A DNA stretch of 64,000 nucleotides from Thermoanaerobaculia bacterium (GCA_035940855.1 DASZEM010000007.1:138928-202927), one strand, 5' to 3'; shown: positions 7,871-18,422, counted from the stretch's first letter. Translations and numbers: made by a program. The notes: generated from the letters alone by a model not told the origin.

Positions 7871-9253
7871 ATGACCACCAAGATCGAGCGCCTGGCACTC
7901 GAGCGGCAAGGGAGCAGGATCCCGCCGCGCCCCCGCGGGTATCCCCTGGTCGGAGTCCTGCCCCGGCTGATGAGCGATCCCGTCCGGTTCTGTACGCGGA
8001 TGATGCTCCAATATAACGACCTGGTCCGTCTGGACCTGGGGGTCGGCTCGATTTACCTGGTCACTCTGCCCGAGCACATGCATCAAGTGCTGGTGGAAAA
8101 CAATGACAACTATTGGAAGGGCGACGTCTTCGAGCGGACCCGCTTCCTGTTCGGCAACGGATTGGTGGTGAACGAGGGGGAGAGCTGGCGGCGACAGCGG
8201 CGGCTCATGCAGCCGGCCTTCGCCCACCGCCGGGTCGCCTCGCTGGTCCCCATCATGACGGATGTCGTCGAGCAGCGGCTGGCCGGCTGGGAAGCCGCGA
8301 GCGAGACCGGCGAGCCCCTGGAGATCGGCAGGGAAATGATGTCTCTCACCCTGGGCATCATCGTCAAGACGATGTTCAGCCTGAGCATCGACGACCGTGA
8401 GCTGAGGGTGATGTCGCGCTGCTTCAACACCGCTCTCGAACAGATCACGCTCCGGATGGCCACCTATTTCCTGCCGGAGTGGGTCCCCCTGCCCGGCCAG
8501 CGCGCCCGCCGGCAGGCGGTCGCCACCCTCGACGAGATGGTCTACCGCATCATCCGGGAACGGCGGGAGAGCGGCCGGGAGTTCGACGACCTGCTCTCCA
8601 TGCTGCTCTCGGCGCGGGACACGGAGACGGGGGAGGGGATGACCGACCGCGAGATCCGGGACGAGGTCATGGTCACCCTGTTCGGCGGCTACGAGGCCAC
8701 GGCCGACGCCTTGACCTGGACCTGGTTCCTCCTGGGCGAGCACCCGCACGTGGACGACAGGGTGCGCGAGGAGGTCGCCTCGGTGCTCGGCGGCCGGGCA
8801 CCGTCGTTCGAGGACCTGGCCGGCCTCACGTACACGGCGCAGGTCGCCCAGGAAGCCATGCGCCTGTACCCGCCCTTCTGGTTCTACAACCGCACCGCCA
8901 TCGGCGACGACGAGATCGGCGGCTACCGAATCCCGGCGGGTGCCCAGATCCTGCTCTGCCCCTATGCGACTCACCGGCACCCGGAGTTCTGGGAGGTGCC
9001 CGAGGCGTTCCGGCCGGAGCGCTTCGAGCCCGCGCAGGTGGCCAGCCGGCCGCGGCACGCCTACGTCCCCTTCGGCACGGGACCGCGGATGTGCATCGGT
9101 CGCCACCTCGCGATGCTCGAGATGCAACTGATCCTGGCCCTGGTGGCGCAACGCTACCGACCGCGCCTCGCCCCCGGCTGGGTGGTGGTCCCCAAGGTGG
9201 GGACCTCGCTACGGGCGAAGGGCGGGATGTGGATGATCCCGGAGCGCGCCTGA
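7871..9253 (+). CDS. cytochrome P450 monooxygenase
   Basis: Heme-binding loop FGTGPRMCIGRHLA and the EXXR region are present. RBS GGAGGG upstream of the ATG at 7871. The annotated ORF opens earlier at 7664, but its N-terminal extension is AT-rich leader. Confidence 0.9.
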   Translation: MTTKIERLALERQGSRIPPRPRGYPLVGVLPRLMSDPVRFCTRMMLQYNDLVRLDLGVGSIYLVTLPEHMHQVLVENNDNYWKGDVFERTRFLFGNGLVVNEGESWRRQRRLMQPAFAHRRVASLVPIMTDVVEQRLAGWEAASETGEPLEIGREMMSLTLGIIVKTMFSLSIDDRELRVMSRCFNTALEQITLRMATYFLPEWVPLPGQRARRQAVATLDEMVYRIIRERRESGREFDDLLSMLLSARDTETGEGMTDREIRDEVMVTLFGGYEATADALTWTWFLLGEHPHVDDRVREEVASVLGGRAPSFEDLAGLTYTAQVAQEAMRLYPPFWFYNRTAIGDDEIGGYRIPAGAQILLCPYATHRHPEFWEVPEAFRPERFEPAQVASRPRHAYVPFGTGPRMCIGRHLAMLEMQLILALVAQRYRPRLAPGWVVVPKVGTSLRAKGGMWMIPERA

Positions 9254-9256
9254 CGC

Positions 9257-9934
9257 CTAGGCCCCCTGGTGAAGGGGCGAGTCCTCGTAGCGCGCCAGGA
9301 GGTCCTCCGGGCCGTCGTAGAGGGCGAGGGCGGCTTCGAGATCGGAGTCCTCGAAGCCGCCGCAACGGAAGGCGATGACGCCCACGCCCACCTTGCCCGC
9401 GGCCTGGATGTCGTAGGGCGTGTCGCCCAGCATGACGACCGTTTCGGCAGGAAGCTCCAGGCGATCGAGGGCGGCCTTGACGACGTCCGGGTCGGGTTTC
9501 GATCTTCCCGCGTCGCTCGCCGAGGTCGAGTCCTCCAGGAGGTCCGCGATCCCGGCGATCTCGAGGTTCTTCTCGAGCTCGTCCCCGGGCGAGGAGGTGG
9601 CGATCACCAGTCGCATGCCGTCCCGCCGGATGCGCTCGAGAAGGGGGCGTACCCCGGGAAAGGGCCGGATTCCCGGGACGTAGCGGGTCTTGAAGATCTC
9701 GCCCCGCCGCTCGCTGATCTTCTTCCCTTCTTCGCTCTCCTTGGAGATCCCCACGGCCGCGGGGAGGAGGTTGTCCCCGCCCATCCCGACCCAGGGCCAG
9801 ATGTCCTCTTCGGAGACCTGGTGGCCGTGCTCGCGCAGAGCGTCGACCCAGGCGTGGACGTGAGCGGCGTTGCTGTCGATGAGCGTGCCGTCCATGTCGA
9901 GGATGACGGCGCGATAGCGTGATTCGTTGGCCAT
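9257..9934 (-). CDS. HAD-superfamily hydrolase (subfamily IA, phosphatase/beta-phosphoglucomutase-like)
   Basis: Motif I VILDMDGTLIDS, SSP motif, K…D motif IV. The long upstream ORF extension (to 12271) is a spurious GC-rich frame antisense to the M28 gene. Confidence 0.85.
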   Translation of the reverse strand: MANESRYRAVILDMDGTLIDSNAAHVHAWVDALREHGHQVSEEDIWPWVGMGGDNLLPAAVGISKESEEGKKISERRGEIFKTRYVPGIRPFPGVRPLLERIRRDGMRLVIATSSPGDELEKNLEIAGIADLLEDSTSASDAGRSKPDPDVVKAALDRLELPAETVVMLGDTPYDIQAAGKVGVGVIAFRCGGFEDSDLEAALALYDGPEDLLARYEDSPLHQGA

Positions 9935-9985
9935 GGCGCCTTCAGGGGAGCAAGGGGCATACCATGCTAGTCTGCCGTTCCATTC

Positions 9986-12070
9986 ATGATGGAGGCCGAT
10001 GTGAGCTCCCGGAGCCGCCTTGCCGTTCCCGCTGCGATCCTCGCCTGGACCGTCTCTCTCGTCCCACCCGCCCGTGGCACCGAGCCGCCGCCCTTCCTGC
10101 CTGAGCCCACGGTGCGGGCCCTCGCCTCGGAGGTTTCGGGCGCGGCGGCCAAGCGAAATCTTCAGGACCTGACCCTGTTCCACCGTATGCGCGGATCGCG
10201 GGGGTTCCGCGCCGCGGCCGAGCGGGTGCGCGACCGGGCGAAGGAGTACGGGCTCTCGGAGGTCGAGATCCTGGATCTGCCCGCGGATGGCAAGGTCTTC
10301 TATGGCACCCAGCGCTCGCGGCCGGCGTGGGACGCCGAATTCGCCGAGCTGTGGGAGCAGAGGGAAGAGGACGGCCGTTGGATGGACGCCGAGCGGATCG
10401 CCTCGTGGGAGTCCCGCCCCATCGTGCTGGCCCAGGACAGCGCCAGCGGCGAAGTCGCGGCCGCGCTGGTGGACGTGGGAGCCGGGACGGCGGAGGCGGA
10501 CTACAAGGACAAGGATGTAAAGGGGAAGCTCGTCCTGGCCTCCTCCCAGCCCGGCGCCGTCTACCCGCTGGCCGTGGACCGGTTCGGCGCGGCCGGAATC
10601 GTCTCCTACGCCCAGAATCAGGTGACGGGGTGGTGGAAGGAGGACGAGAACCTCGTCCGCTGGGGGCACCTCGACACCTTCCCGGAGCCGAAGACGTTCG
10701 CTTTCATGGTCTCGCTCAAGCAGGCGCGGGCCTGGCAGGCGCGGCTCGCGGCGGGCGAGCCGGTGCGGCTGCGGGCGAGCGTCAGGGCCGGCCAGCACCC
10801 TGGGGCCTACAGCATCGCGACCGGGGTGATCCCGGGCACGGACCGGGCGCACGAGATCGTCCTCTCCTGCCATCTCGACCACCAGCGGCCGGGGGCGAAC
10901 GACAACGCGAGCGGCTGCTCGGCCATCCTGGAGACGGCTCGCGCGCTGGCGAAGCTGGTCCGCGAGGGCCGGCTCGGCACCCCGCGCCGCACGATCCGCT
11001 TCGTGTGGCCGCCGGAGATCGAGGGCACGATCTCGCTGCTCAACGCCCGGCCGGACCTCGCGGCCCGCGCCCTGGCCGTGATCCACATGGACATGGTGGG
11101 CGGCGACCCCGAGATCACCAAGGCCGTGTTCCACGTGACCCGCTCGCCCAGGAGCCTGCCGACCTTCGTCAACGACGTGGGCGAGGCCTTCGGCCGCTTC
11201 GTCAACGAGCAGTCCTACGCCCTGGCGGCCACCGGCGAGGCCCCTTATCCGCTTGTCGATCCCGAAGGGAGTAAGCGGGCGCTCCAGGCCGAGTTCGTGG
11301 ATTTCACGGAGGGGAGCGACCACCAGGTGTGGGCGGAGGGCTCGTGGCGGGTGCCGGCCCTCTATCTGAACGACTGGCCGGACCGGTACATCCACACCCA
11401 CGCGGACGGGGTGGCGAACATCGACTCGACCAAGCTCCTGCGGGCCGCCTTTCTGGGGGCCGCGAGCGCGTGGTACCTGGCCGGGCTGGACGCGGCCCAG
11501 ATGCCGGCCCTCTGGGAGGTGGTCCGCCGGGGGAGCTTGGAGCGGACGCGGCAGGCCCTGGAGCGGCGGGAGCGGCTGCGGGCGATGAGGGAGGAGGGAG
11601 ACAACCTGCTGCGCTGCCAATTCGAGTACGAAGTGGGCGTCGTGGCCTCGATAGGCCGTTTCGGCGAGGTGCCGCCCGAGGTGCGGAGGGATGCGGAACG
11701 GTTTCTGGCGGGATTGCGGGAGATCGCAGGCGTCGCCCCGGCGCCTGGATCCGCTGGCGTCGTCTATCGCCGTGCCTCCGAGCCCAAGGGACCGATGGGC
11801 GGCTTCGGCTACGACTACTTTCAGGACCACATCGCCCGGAAGGGGATCGCGGCGCCCGCTCTTCTCAAGCGGACCGGGTTGTGGGGAGGCGGGGGCGAGT
11901 ACGCCTACGAGGCCCTGAACCTCGTGGACGGCAAGCGCACGGTGGGCGAGATCCGCGACGCGCTCGCCGCCATCTACGGCCCGTTGCCGGTAGAGGAGGT
12001 GGCGGAGTACCTGGGAGCGCTCGAGAAGATCGGCATCCTGACCCGTGGAGGAGACCGGCATGCTTCGTGA
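9986..12070 (+). CDS. secreted M28-family zinc aminopeptidase with PA domain
   Basis: Signal peptide. Metal ligands HLDH…NDNASG…EEG, and HMDMVG. Confidence 0.85.
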   Translation: MMEADVSSRSRLAVPAAILAWTVSLVPPARGTEPPPFLPEPTVRALASEVSGAAAKRNLQDLTLFHRMRGSRGFRAAAERVRDRAKEYGLSEVEILDLPADGKVFYGTQRSRPAWDAEFAELWEQREEDGRWMDAERIASWESRPIVLAQDSASGEVAAALVDVGAGTAEADYKDKDVKGKLVLASSQPGAVYPLAVDRFGAAGIVSYAQNQVTGWWKEDENLVRWGHLDTFPEPKTFAFMVSLKQARAWQARLAAGEPVRLRASVRAGQHPGAYSIATGVIPGTDRAHEIVLSCHLDHQRPGANDNASGCSAILETARALAKLVREGRLGTPRRTIRFVWPPEIEGTISLLNARPDLAARALAVIHMDMVGGDPEITKAVFHVTRSPRSLPTFVNDVGEAFGRFVNEQSYALAATGEAPYPLVDPEGSKRALQAEFVDFTEGSDHQVWAEGSWRVPALYLNDWPDRYIHTHADGVANIDSTKLLRAAFLGAASAWYLAGLDAAQMPALWEVVRRGSLERTRQALERRERLRAMREEGDNLLRCQFEYEVGVVASIGRFGEVPPEVRRDAERFLAGLREIAGVAPAPGSAGVVYRRASEPKGPMGGFGYDYFQDHIARKGIAAPALLKRTGLWGGGGEYAYEALNLVDGKRTVGEIRDALAAIYGPLPVEEVAEYLGALEKIGILTRGGDRHAS

Positions 12071-12869
12071 CAAGCTGGCCGAGCGCCATCGCCACAAGCC
12101 CCACGAGTTCCGCTGGCGCAGCCGCGAGATCTCGCGGCTGGAGGGCCTGAGCGACGCCGTCTTCGGCTTCGCCATCACGCTGCTGATCGTGGCCCTGGAG
12201 GTCCCCCGGACCTCGGGCGAGCTGCTCGAGACGATGCGGGGGTTCCTCTCGTTCGCCATCACCTTCGCCATCCTCTACGTGGTCTGGTACCGGCAGTTCG
12301 TCTTCTTCCGGCGCTATGGCCTGGAGGACCGCACCACGGCCATCCTGAACGGGGCCCTTCTCTTCATCGTCCTGTTCTTCGTCTTCCCCCTCAAGTTCCT
12401 CCTCGGCACGCTCGTGGAGCGCCTGCTCGGCAACAGGATGGTGCGCCTGCCGGACGGCACCCTGGAGCGGGCGATCCAGCCGGAGCACATCGCGCCCATG
12501 CTGTCGATCTACGGGCTGGGCTTCGCGGCGATGTTCAGCCTCTTCGCCCTTCTCCACGCCCACGCCTGGCGCCAGCGGCACCAGCTCGATCTCAACGAGC
12601 TGGAGCGGATGGACACCCGCCAGGCCATGGTGGTGTTCTCCGCCGCCGCGGGGCTGGGCGTGCTCACCGCGGTCAACGCCAACGTGATCGCCTGGGCCGA
12701 AGGGAAACCCTATGAGGATCAGGTCGCCTTCGCGCAGCTCGGCGTCCTTCTGGTCTACATGGTGGTCTTGGTGCGCTTCCGGGTGGCGAGGCGGCGGCAG
12801 AGACGGAATCTGGTCGAGCGGCTGAAGGCGGCCGGGGAGCTCACAGAGTCAGAGATCGAGGCCCCGTGA
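12060..12869 (+). CDS. TMEM175/DUF1211-family K+ channel-like membrane protein
   Basis: Signature RLEGLSDAVFGFAITLL, repeated in the second half. Six TM segments. Confidence 0.75.
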   Translation: MLRDKLAERHRHKPHEFRWRSREISRLEGLSDAVFGFAITLLIVALEVPRTSGELLETMRGFLSFAITFAILYVVWYRQFVFFRRYGLEDRTTAILNGALLFIVLFFVFPLKFLLGTLVERLLGNRMVRLPDGTLERAIQPEHIAPMLSIYGLGFAAMFSLFALLHAHAWRQRHQLDLNELERMDTRQAMVVFSAAAGLGVLTAVNANVIAWAEGKPYEDQVAFAQLGVLLVYMVVLVRFRVARRRQRRNLVERLKAAGELTESEIEAP

Positions 12870-15800
12870 GCCCCGCTTCCAGGCGGGCTTCCTTGAGCAC
12901 CGGTCCGTAATCCCGCGCCAGCAGGGGGTTGGCCTTCAGCGCCTCTTGGAGTGAGGCCGCGGCCTGCTTCGCCCCTTCGCGGCGGCGGGCGGCGTCGGTT
13001 TCCTGCCGTGCGGTCCGGTACTGGAGCAGTCCCTGGAGGGCGAGATACCGCGCCTCGCCGGCGTTGATGGCGAGCGCCTTGCCCACGCGGCCGAGCCCTT
13101 CGCGCAGGGCCGCGGCGCGGGTCCTGGCGTCCGGGGCGGTCTCGGCGCGGTAGCGGGCGATTTCAGCTTGAGTGAAGAAGACGTCCGGCTGCTCCCGGTT
13201 GAGAGCCTCGGCGCGGGCGAGCTCGGCGGCAGCCCGCCGCAGGGCCGGCCCCGGGTCCTGCCGCCGCCCGAGGCTCCACCGGGCGGCGATGACATCCATC
13301 CGCGCCCGTTCGAGGAAGACGTCGGCGTCGGCGGGGTTCAGGCGCAGGGCCTCTTCCAGAGTGGCATTGGCCGAATCGAGGGCCGGCCGCGGGTCCTGCC
13401 CCTGCCCCAGGAGGGCCTCGGCCAGGGTCCGCCAGGTATAGCCCAGGTTGTAGCGGGCCAGGGAGTAGTCCGGCTTCAGGGCCGTGGCGCGCTGGTAGCT
13501 GCGGGCGGCCCGGGTGAGGGCCGCGCTCGGGTCGTCGCCGCGGGCCAGCAGGTACTCGCCCAAGGTGAGATGGACGTTGCCCAGGTTGTTGTGGATGGGG
13601 GCCGAGTTGGGATTGAGGCGCGCCGCCCGCTCCAGGGCCGCCACGGCCTTGCCCACGGAGCCGCTGGGGTCCATGCCGCGGGCGATCTGGATTTCAGCCA
13701 TCGCCTTCCAGGTGTTGCCGAGGCCGATCGGAGCGGGGAGGAACTGGGGATTCAGGGCCATGGCCTTCTCATAGCTCGCCGCCGCCCCCTGGAGCGCCGG
13801 GCGGGGATCGGCGCCCCTGCGCTGCTGGTCCTGGACGAGCACGAGATAGGCATTGCCCAGCCCCGAATGAGCGGAGGCGAGCCCGGGCTGCGCCTCGACC
13901 GCTTTGCGGGCTGTCTCGATGCCCCGCTGGATGTCGGCTCGGGCGTCCAGGCCCCGGCCCAGCTTCCACTGGGCGAGCAGGCGGCGGGAGGAGGCCAGGT
14001 AGCTCCAGGCGCTGGCGTTGCCGGGGTCGAGGGCGATGGCGTGGTCCGCCAGGCGGATGCCGGATTGGAGGTCCGCCGTGGGATCGCCGCCGCGCTTGAA
14101 TTTCTGGTCGCCCAGGCGCCAGAACATGGAGGCCTGGAGCACCCGCACGTCGGCCAGCCCGGGATCGACGGAGAGCGCCCGCTCGCAGGCCGCCAGGGCC
14201 TCGGCCACCCGGGCCTCGGGCACGTCCTCCTGGTTGACGGCCGTGTTGATGGTGCTGGTCCAGCGGCCGCAGTCGCCCGCGTAAAGACCAGGATCGCTCG
14301 GCGCGCCCTGGAGGAGCCGGGCATAGACCTCGCCGGCGCGGTCGAACAGGCGCAGAGCCTCGTCGTACCGGCCGGCGTTGCCGGCTTCGCTTCCTTGAGC
14401 GAGATAGACCTCGGCCTCGATCTCGCCGGCCTCGTGAAGCCAGGGGGTCTGGAGATAGGCCCGGCGGGCCTGGGCCAGGGCTTCCGGGTAGCGCTTCTCG
14501 TAGTAGGCGATGAGCGCCGCGAGGTACGGCGAGCTGCCGGGCTCGGCCGCGGCTTCCCGCAGGTACGCCAGGGCCGGCCGCCGGTAGGCGCGGTCGGCTT
14601 CCTCGCGGCTCGCCTGGGCGGCGGCGCCCTGGGCGCCCTGAAGATTGGGGTCGGACCGGGAGCGATCGTAGAAGTAGCCCAGGGTCTGGCCCAGGGCGGC
14701 GGCCACGTCCGGGCCGCGCTCGCCGGCCTTCCAGGCGCGCTCCAGGTGATCGCGGGCGGCCCCGTACTGGTGGAGGGCCAGGTAGGCCTGCCCGAGGGCG
14801 GAGTGGCCCGGCCCCTCGGCGATGGCGCCGAGCCGCCTCATCTCGGCCCGCACGCTTTCCATCTCCTGGTGGAGCCGGCGCTTGTGGGGCGTGATGTCGT
14901 GGCGGGGGAGGGTGGCCTCGTAGCGCAGGCTGGTCTGGATGGCGCCGATGCGCTGGCCGAAGCGCTGGGCGAGCTCCGTCCGCTCCCGCGCCTGCCACTG
15001 GGCCCGCAGGCTCAGGGCGCCCAGGACCAGGAGGGCCAGTAGGGCGGCGGCGGAGACGATGGCGAGAGCGCGATTCTTGCGCAGCTTCTTGCCGGCCCGG
15101 TAGGCCCAGCCGGCGGGACGGGCGTGGATCGGCTCGCCGTCCAGGAAGCGGTCGAGGTCCTCGGCCAGATCCCGGGCCGACTCGTAGCGCCTGGAGGGGT
15201 CCTTCTCCAGGCACTTGGCGACGATCGTCTCCAGGTCCTCGGGGATCGAAGGGGCGATCTCGCGCAGGGGCTTGGCGTCTTCCTGGACGAGCTGGACCAG
15301 GATCTTGGCGAGGTTGCCGCCCCGGAACGGGGGCACGCCGGCGAGCAGCTCGTAGAGCACGACGCCCAGGCTGTAGACGTCGGTGCGCCGGTCGAGCGGC
15401 CGGCCCTGCGCCTGCTCGGGGGAGATGTAGGCCGGCGTGCCGCTGATCATGCCCGTGCGCGAGAGGCTGACCTCGTCCTGCTCCATCGCCAGGCCGAAAT
15501 CGACGACGAACGGATGGAGGGCGCCCGATTCGTCGCGCGCCAGCAGGATGTTGCCCGGCTTCAGGTCGCGGTGGATGAGGCCCGTCCGATGGGCGGCGTG
15601 GACGGCCCGGGCCACGTCGCGCAGGAGCTGGACTTTGGATTCGATGGACAGCTCCTCGGTCAGCTCGCCCAGGCTCCGGCCGTCGATGTACTGCATAGCG
15701 ATGTAGGGCCGGCCCTCGACCTCTCCCACCTCGTGGACCTGGCAGACGTTGGGGTGGCCGACGCGGGCCTGGGCCCGGGCCTCGCGCAGGAAGCGCTCGG

Positions 15801-16290
15801 TCTGCTGGGCGTCGTTGCGGTGGAGGAACTTGAGGGCGATCCATCGCCCGAGGGTGGGATCGAAGGCCTTGTACACGGTGCCCATGCCGCCCGAGCCCAG
15901 GAGGAGCTCGACGCGGTAGCGGGTCCAGTCCGCGAGGAAGCGCAGCTCCGGGGGGAGGGCGGGAGCTTTGGCGGGGTGGGCGGGCTCCGGTACGAGGGGG
16001 CCGGCCGGCGGAAAGGGCCGGGAATCCCCCGTCAGGTCGGGGGTGAGGTCGTCCCGGCTCCCCTGAAGCTCGGCGGCCAGCCCGGCCACGGTCTCCGGAG
16101 TGAGGAATCCGGCTTCGATCAGGGCCCGCACCCAGCGGCCGTCTTCCGGGGCGAGAGGCGAGCCGCTCCCAGGGCCGAGGCTGCCGAGAGGCTCGGGCAG
16201 ATGATCGGCGACCGAGTCGAGATCCTCCCAACGGAGAAGGCCCTTGGCGATCGCCAACCGCAGGAGACTGCTCTCCGAGGTTGAGGTCAT
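12841..16290 (-). CDS. Ser/Thr protein kinase with a single TM helix and a large periplasmic TPR-repeat domain
   Basis: Hanks motifs GSGGMGTVYKA, HRDLKPGNIL, DFG, SPEQ. TM helix LAIVSAAALLALLVLGALSL, followed by ~700 aa of TPR-like repeats. Confidence 0.9.
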   Translation of the reverse strand: MTSTSESSLLRLAIAKGLLRWEDLDSVADHLPEPLGSLGPGSGSPLAPEDGRWVRALIEAGFLTPETVAGLAAELQGSRDDLTPDLTGDSRPFPPAGPLVPEPAHPAKAPALPPELRFLADWTRYRVELLLGSGGMGTVYKAFDPTLGRWIALKFLHRNDAQQTERFLREARAQARVGHPNVCQVHEVGEVEGRPYIAMQYIDGRSLGELTEELSIESKVQLLRDVARAVHAAHRTGLIHRDLKPGNILLARDESGALHPFVVDFGLAMEQDEVSLSRTGMISGTPAYISPEQAQGRPLDRRTDVYSLGVVLYELLAGVPPFRGGNLAKILVQLVQEDAKPLREIAPSIPEDLETIVAKCLEKDPSRRYESARDLAEDLDRFLDGEPIHARPAGWAYRAGKKLRKNRALAIVSAAALLALLVLGALSLRAQWQARERTELAQRFGQRIGAIQTSLRYEATLPRHDITPHKRRLHQEMESVRAEMRRLGAIAEGPGHSALGQAYLALHQYGAARDHLERAWKAGERGPDVAAALGQTLGYFYDRSRSDPNLQGAQGAAAQASREEADRAYRRPALAYLREAAAEPGSSPYLAALIAYYEKRYPEALAQARRAYLQTPWLHEAGEIEAEVYLAQGSEAGNAGRYDEALRLFDRAGEVYARLLQGAPSDPGLYAGDCGRWTSTINTAVNQEDVPEARVAEALAACERALSVDPGLADVRVLQASMFWRLGDQKFKRGGDPTADLQSGIRLADHAIALDPGNASAWSYLASSRRLLAQWKLGRGLDARADIQRGIETARKAVEAQPGLASAHSGLGNAYLVLVQDQQRRGADPRPALQGAAASYEKAMALNPQFLPAPIGLGNTWKAMAEIQIARGMDPSGSVGKAVAALERAARLNPNSAPIHNNLGNVHLTLGEYLLARGDDPSAALTRAARSYQRATALKPDYSLARYNLGYTWRTLAEALLGQGQDPRPALDSANATLEEALRLNPADADVFLERARMDVIAARWSLGRRQDPGPALRRAAAELARAEALNREQPDVFFTQAEIARYRAETAPDARTRAAALREGLGRVGKALAINAGEARYLALQGLLQYRTARQETDAARRREGAKQAAASLQEALKANPLLARDYGPVLKEARLEAGLTGPRSLTL

Positions 16291-16410
16291 ACGTTGTCTG
16301 GTGAGAAACAGTGTACCGCACCAGGAGGTGCGCCCATTGAAAAGTGACGGGAAGGGGAGAAAGATTTCAGCGAGAGCGCGGGAGGGCGGCTCCGCCCGCT
16401 CCAGGGGCCG

Positions 16411-18300
16411 CTAGAACGGCCGCTCCGTCTCCCACCCGACCGGCAGGGCGGCGCCGGCCAGCAGGTTGCGCAGCACGATCGGCTCGACGGGCTTGACGAA
16501 GTGGTGGTGGATGCCGGCCTCCTGGGAGCGGCGCCGGTCCTCGGGCTGCCCGTAGCCGGTCATGGCCACGAGGAGGGTGTGGTCGAGCCCGATCTCCTCG
16601 CGCAGGCGGCGGGCCACCTGGTAGCCGTCGAGCCCGGGTAAGCCGATGTCGAGCAGCACGACCTCGGGTTGCTGGAGGCGGGCGGCCTCCAGGGCGGTGC
16701 GGCCGTCGTGCACCACGTTGACGTCGTGGTTCCAGAGCCGGAGCAGGGTGGCGAGGCTCTCGGCGGCGTCGATGTTGTCCTCGACGACCAAGACCCGCAA
16801 CGGGCGGGCAGCGGAGGGAGCGGCCAACTCGGCCGCCGGCAGGGCCGCCTCGGCGGGGAGGCGGGCCGGCAGGTGGATCACGAACTCGCTGCCCTGGCCG
16901 AGGCCGGGGCTCGACGCCTCCACCCGGCCGCCGTGCATCTCGACCAGGCTGCGCACCAGGGTGAGGCCCACGCCCAGGCCGCCGTCCGAGCGGGCGAGCG
17001 AGCCGTCCGACTGCACGAAAGGCTCGAAGACGCGGTCGAGCACGTCGGGCGGCACGCCGATTCCCGTGTCGCGCACCCGGATCACGGCCTCGTCGCCCTC
17101 CCGGGCCGCCGACACCTGGATGTGGCCGCCCGGCATGGTGTATTTGGCGGCGTTGTTGAGGAGGTTCGAGATCACCTGCTCGAGCCGGGTGGCGTCGGCC
17201 TCCAGGCGGACGGGCTCGGAGGGCGGATCGACCGTCAGCTCGTGGGTACGGCTCTCGATCAGGGGGCGGATCCCTTCGACGGCGCGCTGGAGGATGGTGC
17301 CCAGGTCCACGATCTCCTTCCTCAGGCGGATGCTGCCGCTGGTGATGCGGGAGACGTCGAGCAGGTCGTCCACCAGCCGGGCGAGGTGCTTGACCTGGCG
17401 CTCCACCATCTCGCGCGAGGGCTGGAAGGTGGGGTCGACCGTCTCGACCTGGCGCATCAGCTCGACGGCGTTGCGGATGGGGGCGAGCGGGTTGCGCAGC
17501 TCGTGGGCCAGCATGGCGAGGAACTGGTCCTTGCGGCGGTCGGCTCCCAAGAGCTCCTCGGCGCGCCGGCGCAGCTCCTCCTCCAGCCTCTTCTGCTCGG
17601 TGATGTCGAGCTGCGTGCCCCAGCAGCGCACGAGACGGCCGCCTTCGACCACGCCCACGAGGTTGTTCAGGAAGACCTTGGGATTGCCCTCGGCGTCCAT
17701 CTCGTGGGACTCGGCACCGGTCAGCCGGTAGCCGGACTGGACGAAGGTGCGCAGATACTCGACGTTGTGGGCGTCCTCCCGGGGAAGGAGCTGGCCCAGG
17801 CGGGCGCCCAGGATCTCCTGCTCGGAGTCGAGCCCGTACATGCGGGCCATGACGCGGTTGCACTCGGCGAGCACGCCATGCCGGAAGAAGCGGTCGACCT
17901 GCTCGTCCTCGGGGAGGCCGGTCGGGATGGGCTCCTCGAGCTCGAAGCGCCAGATCCCCTCCGAGCTCTGCTCGACGAAAGCCCGGTAACGCTCCTCGCT
18001 CTCGCGCAGGGCTCGCTCAGCCAGACTGCGTTCCGTGGCGTCGCGCAGCACGAGCACGGCCCCGGCATCGTCCGGCAGCGGCTCCACGGTCTTCTCGATC
18101 CGCGACTCGTCGAGACGGGTCAGAACGTCCTGGAGCGGGCGGCCGCACGCGGAATCCAGACCGGCGCCGGTCAGGCGCTCGGCGGCGGGGTTCATGAACG
18201 TTACGCGGCCCTCTACATCCGTGGTGACGACGGCGTCACCGATCTTGTCCAGCGCAACACGGAGCCAATCGCGATGGACCTGGCTTCCGGGATCTGACAT
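16411..18300 (-). CDS. hybrid sensor histidine kinase (PAS domains - HisKA - HATPase_c - receiver)
   Basis: H-box HELRNPL, N/G boxes, and a C-terminal receiver (VLVVEDN…LLDIGLPGLDG…K). Confidence 0.9.
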   Translation of the reverse strand: MSDPGSQVHRDWLRVALDKIGDAVVTTDVEGRVTFMNPAAERLTGAGLDSACGRPLQDVLTRLDESRIEKTVEPLPDDAGAVLVLRDATERSLAERALRESEERYRAFVEQSSEGIWRFELEEPIPTGLPEDEQVDRFFRHGVLAECNRVMARMYGLDSEQEILGARLGQLLPREDAHNVEYLRTFVQSGYRLTGAESHEMDAEGNPKVFLNNLVGVVEGGRLVRCWGTQLDITEQKRLEEELRRRAEELLGADRRKDQFLAMLAHELRNPLAPIRNAVELMRQVETVDPTFQPSREMVERQVKHLARLVDDLLDVSRITSGSIRLRKEIVDLGTILQRAVEGIRPLIESRTHELTVDPPSEPVRLEADATRLEQVISNLLNNAAKYTMPGGHIQVSAAREGDEAVIRVRDTGIGVPPDVLDRVFEPFVQSDGSLARSDGGLGVGLTLVRSLVEMHGGRVEASSPGLGQGSEFVIHLPARLPAEAALPAAELAAPSAARPLRVLVVEDNIDAAESLATLLRLWNHDVNVVHDGRTALEAARLQQPEVVLLDIGLPGLDGYQVARRLREEIGLDHTLLVAMTGYGQPEDRRRSQEAGIHHHFVKPVEPIVLRNLLAGAALPVGWETERPF

Positions 18301-18422
18301 GTCGGAGATACCTCATCCTTGTAAAAGCAACATCCCGGAGGCGGACTCCCCCTTGGAGAGGAATCCGATCCTCCGGCGGTGGGCTGAAAATGAGCACGTC
18401 GCGTGCCAGGAACGAGGGCTTC

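Noticed and set aside
9935-12271. N-terminal 780 aa of the 1004-aa minus-strand ORF upstream of the HAD hydrolase
   Set aside because: Antisense to the M28 peptidase gene. Only the last 226 codons (9257..9934) have HAD motifs. The ATG and the coding signal start at 9934.
13769-16321. 850-aa alternative-frame ORF and several other >300-aa ORFs overlapping the Ser/Thr kinase gene
   Set aside because: R/P/G-rich nonsense composition. The 12841..16290 frame has clear Hanks kinase motifs.
16290-16411. Possible ncRNA/terminator in the 120-nt gap between the histidine kinase and Ser/Thr kinase genes
   Set aside because: Only a short GGGCGG/CCGCCC stem without a U-tract. Insufficient evidence for an RNA gene.
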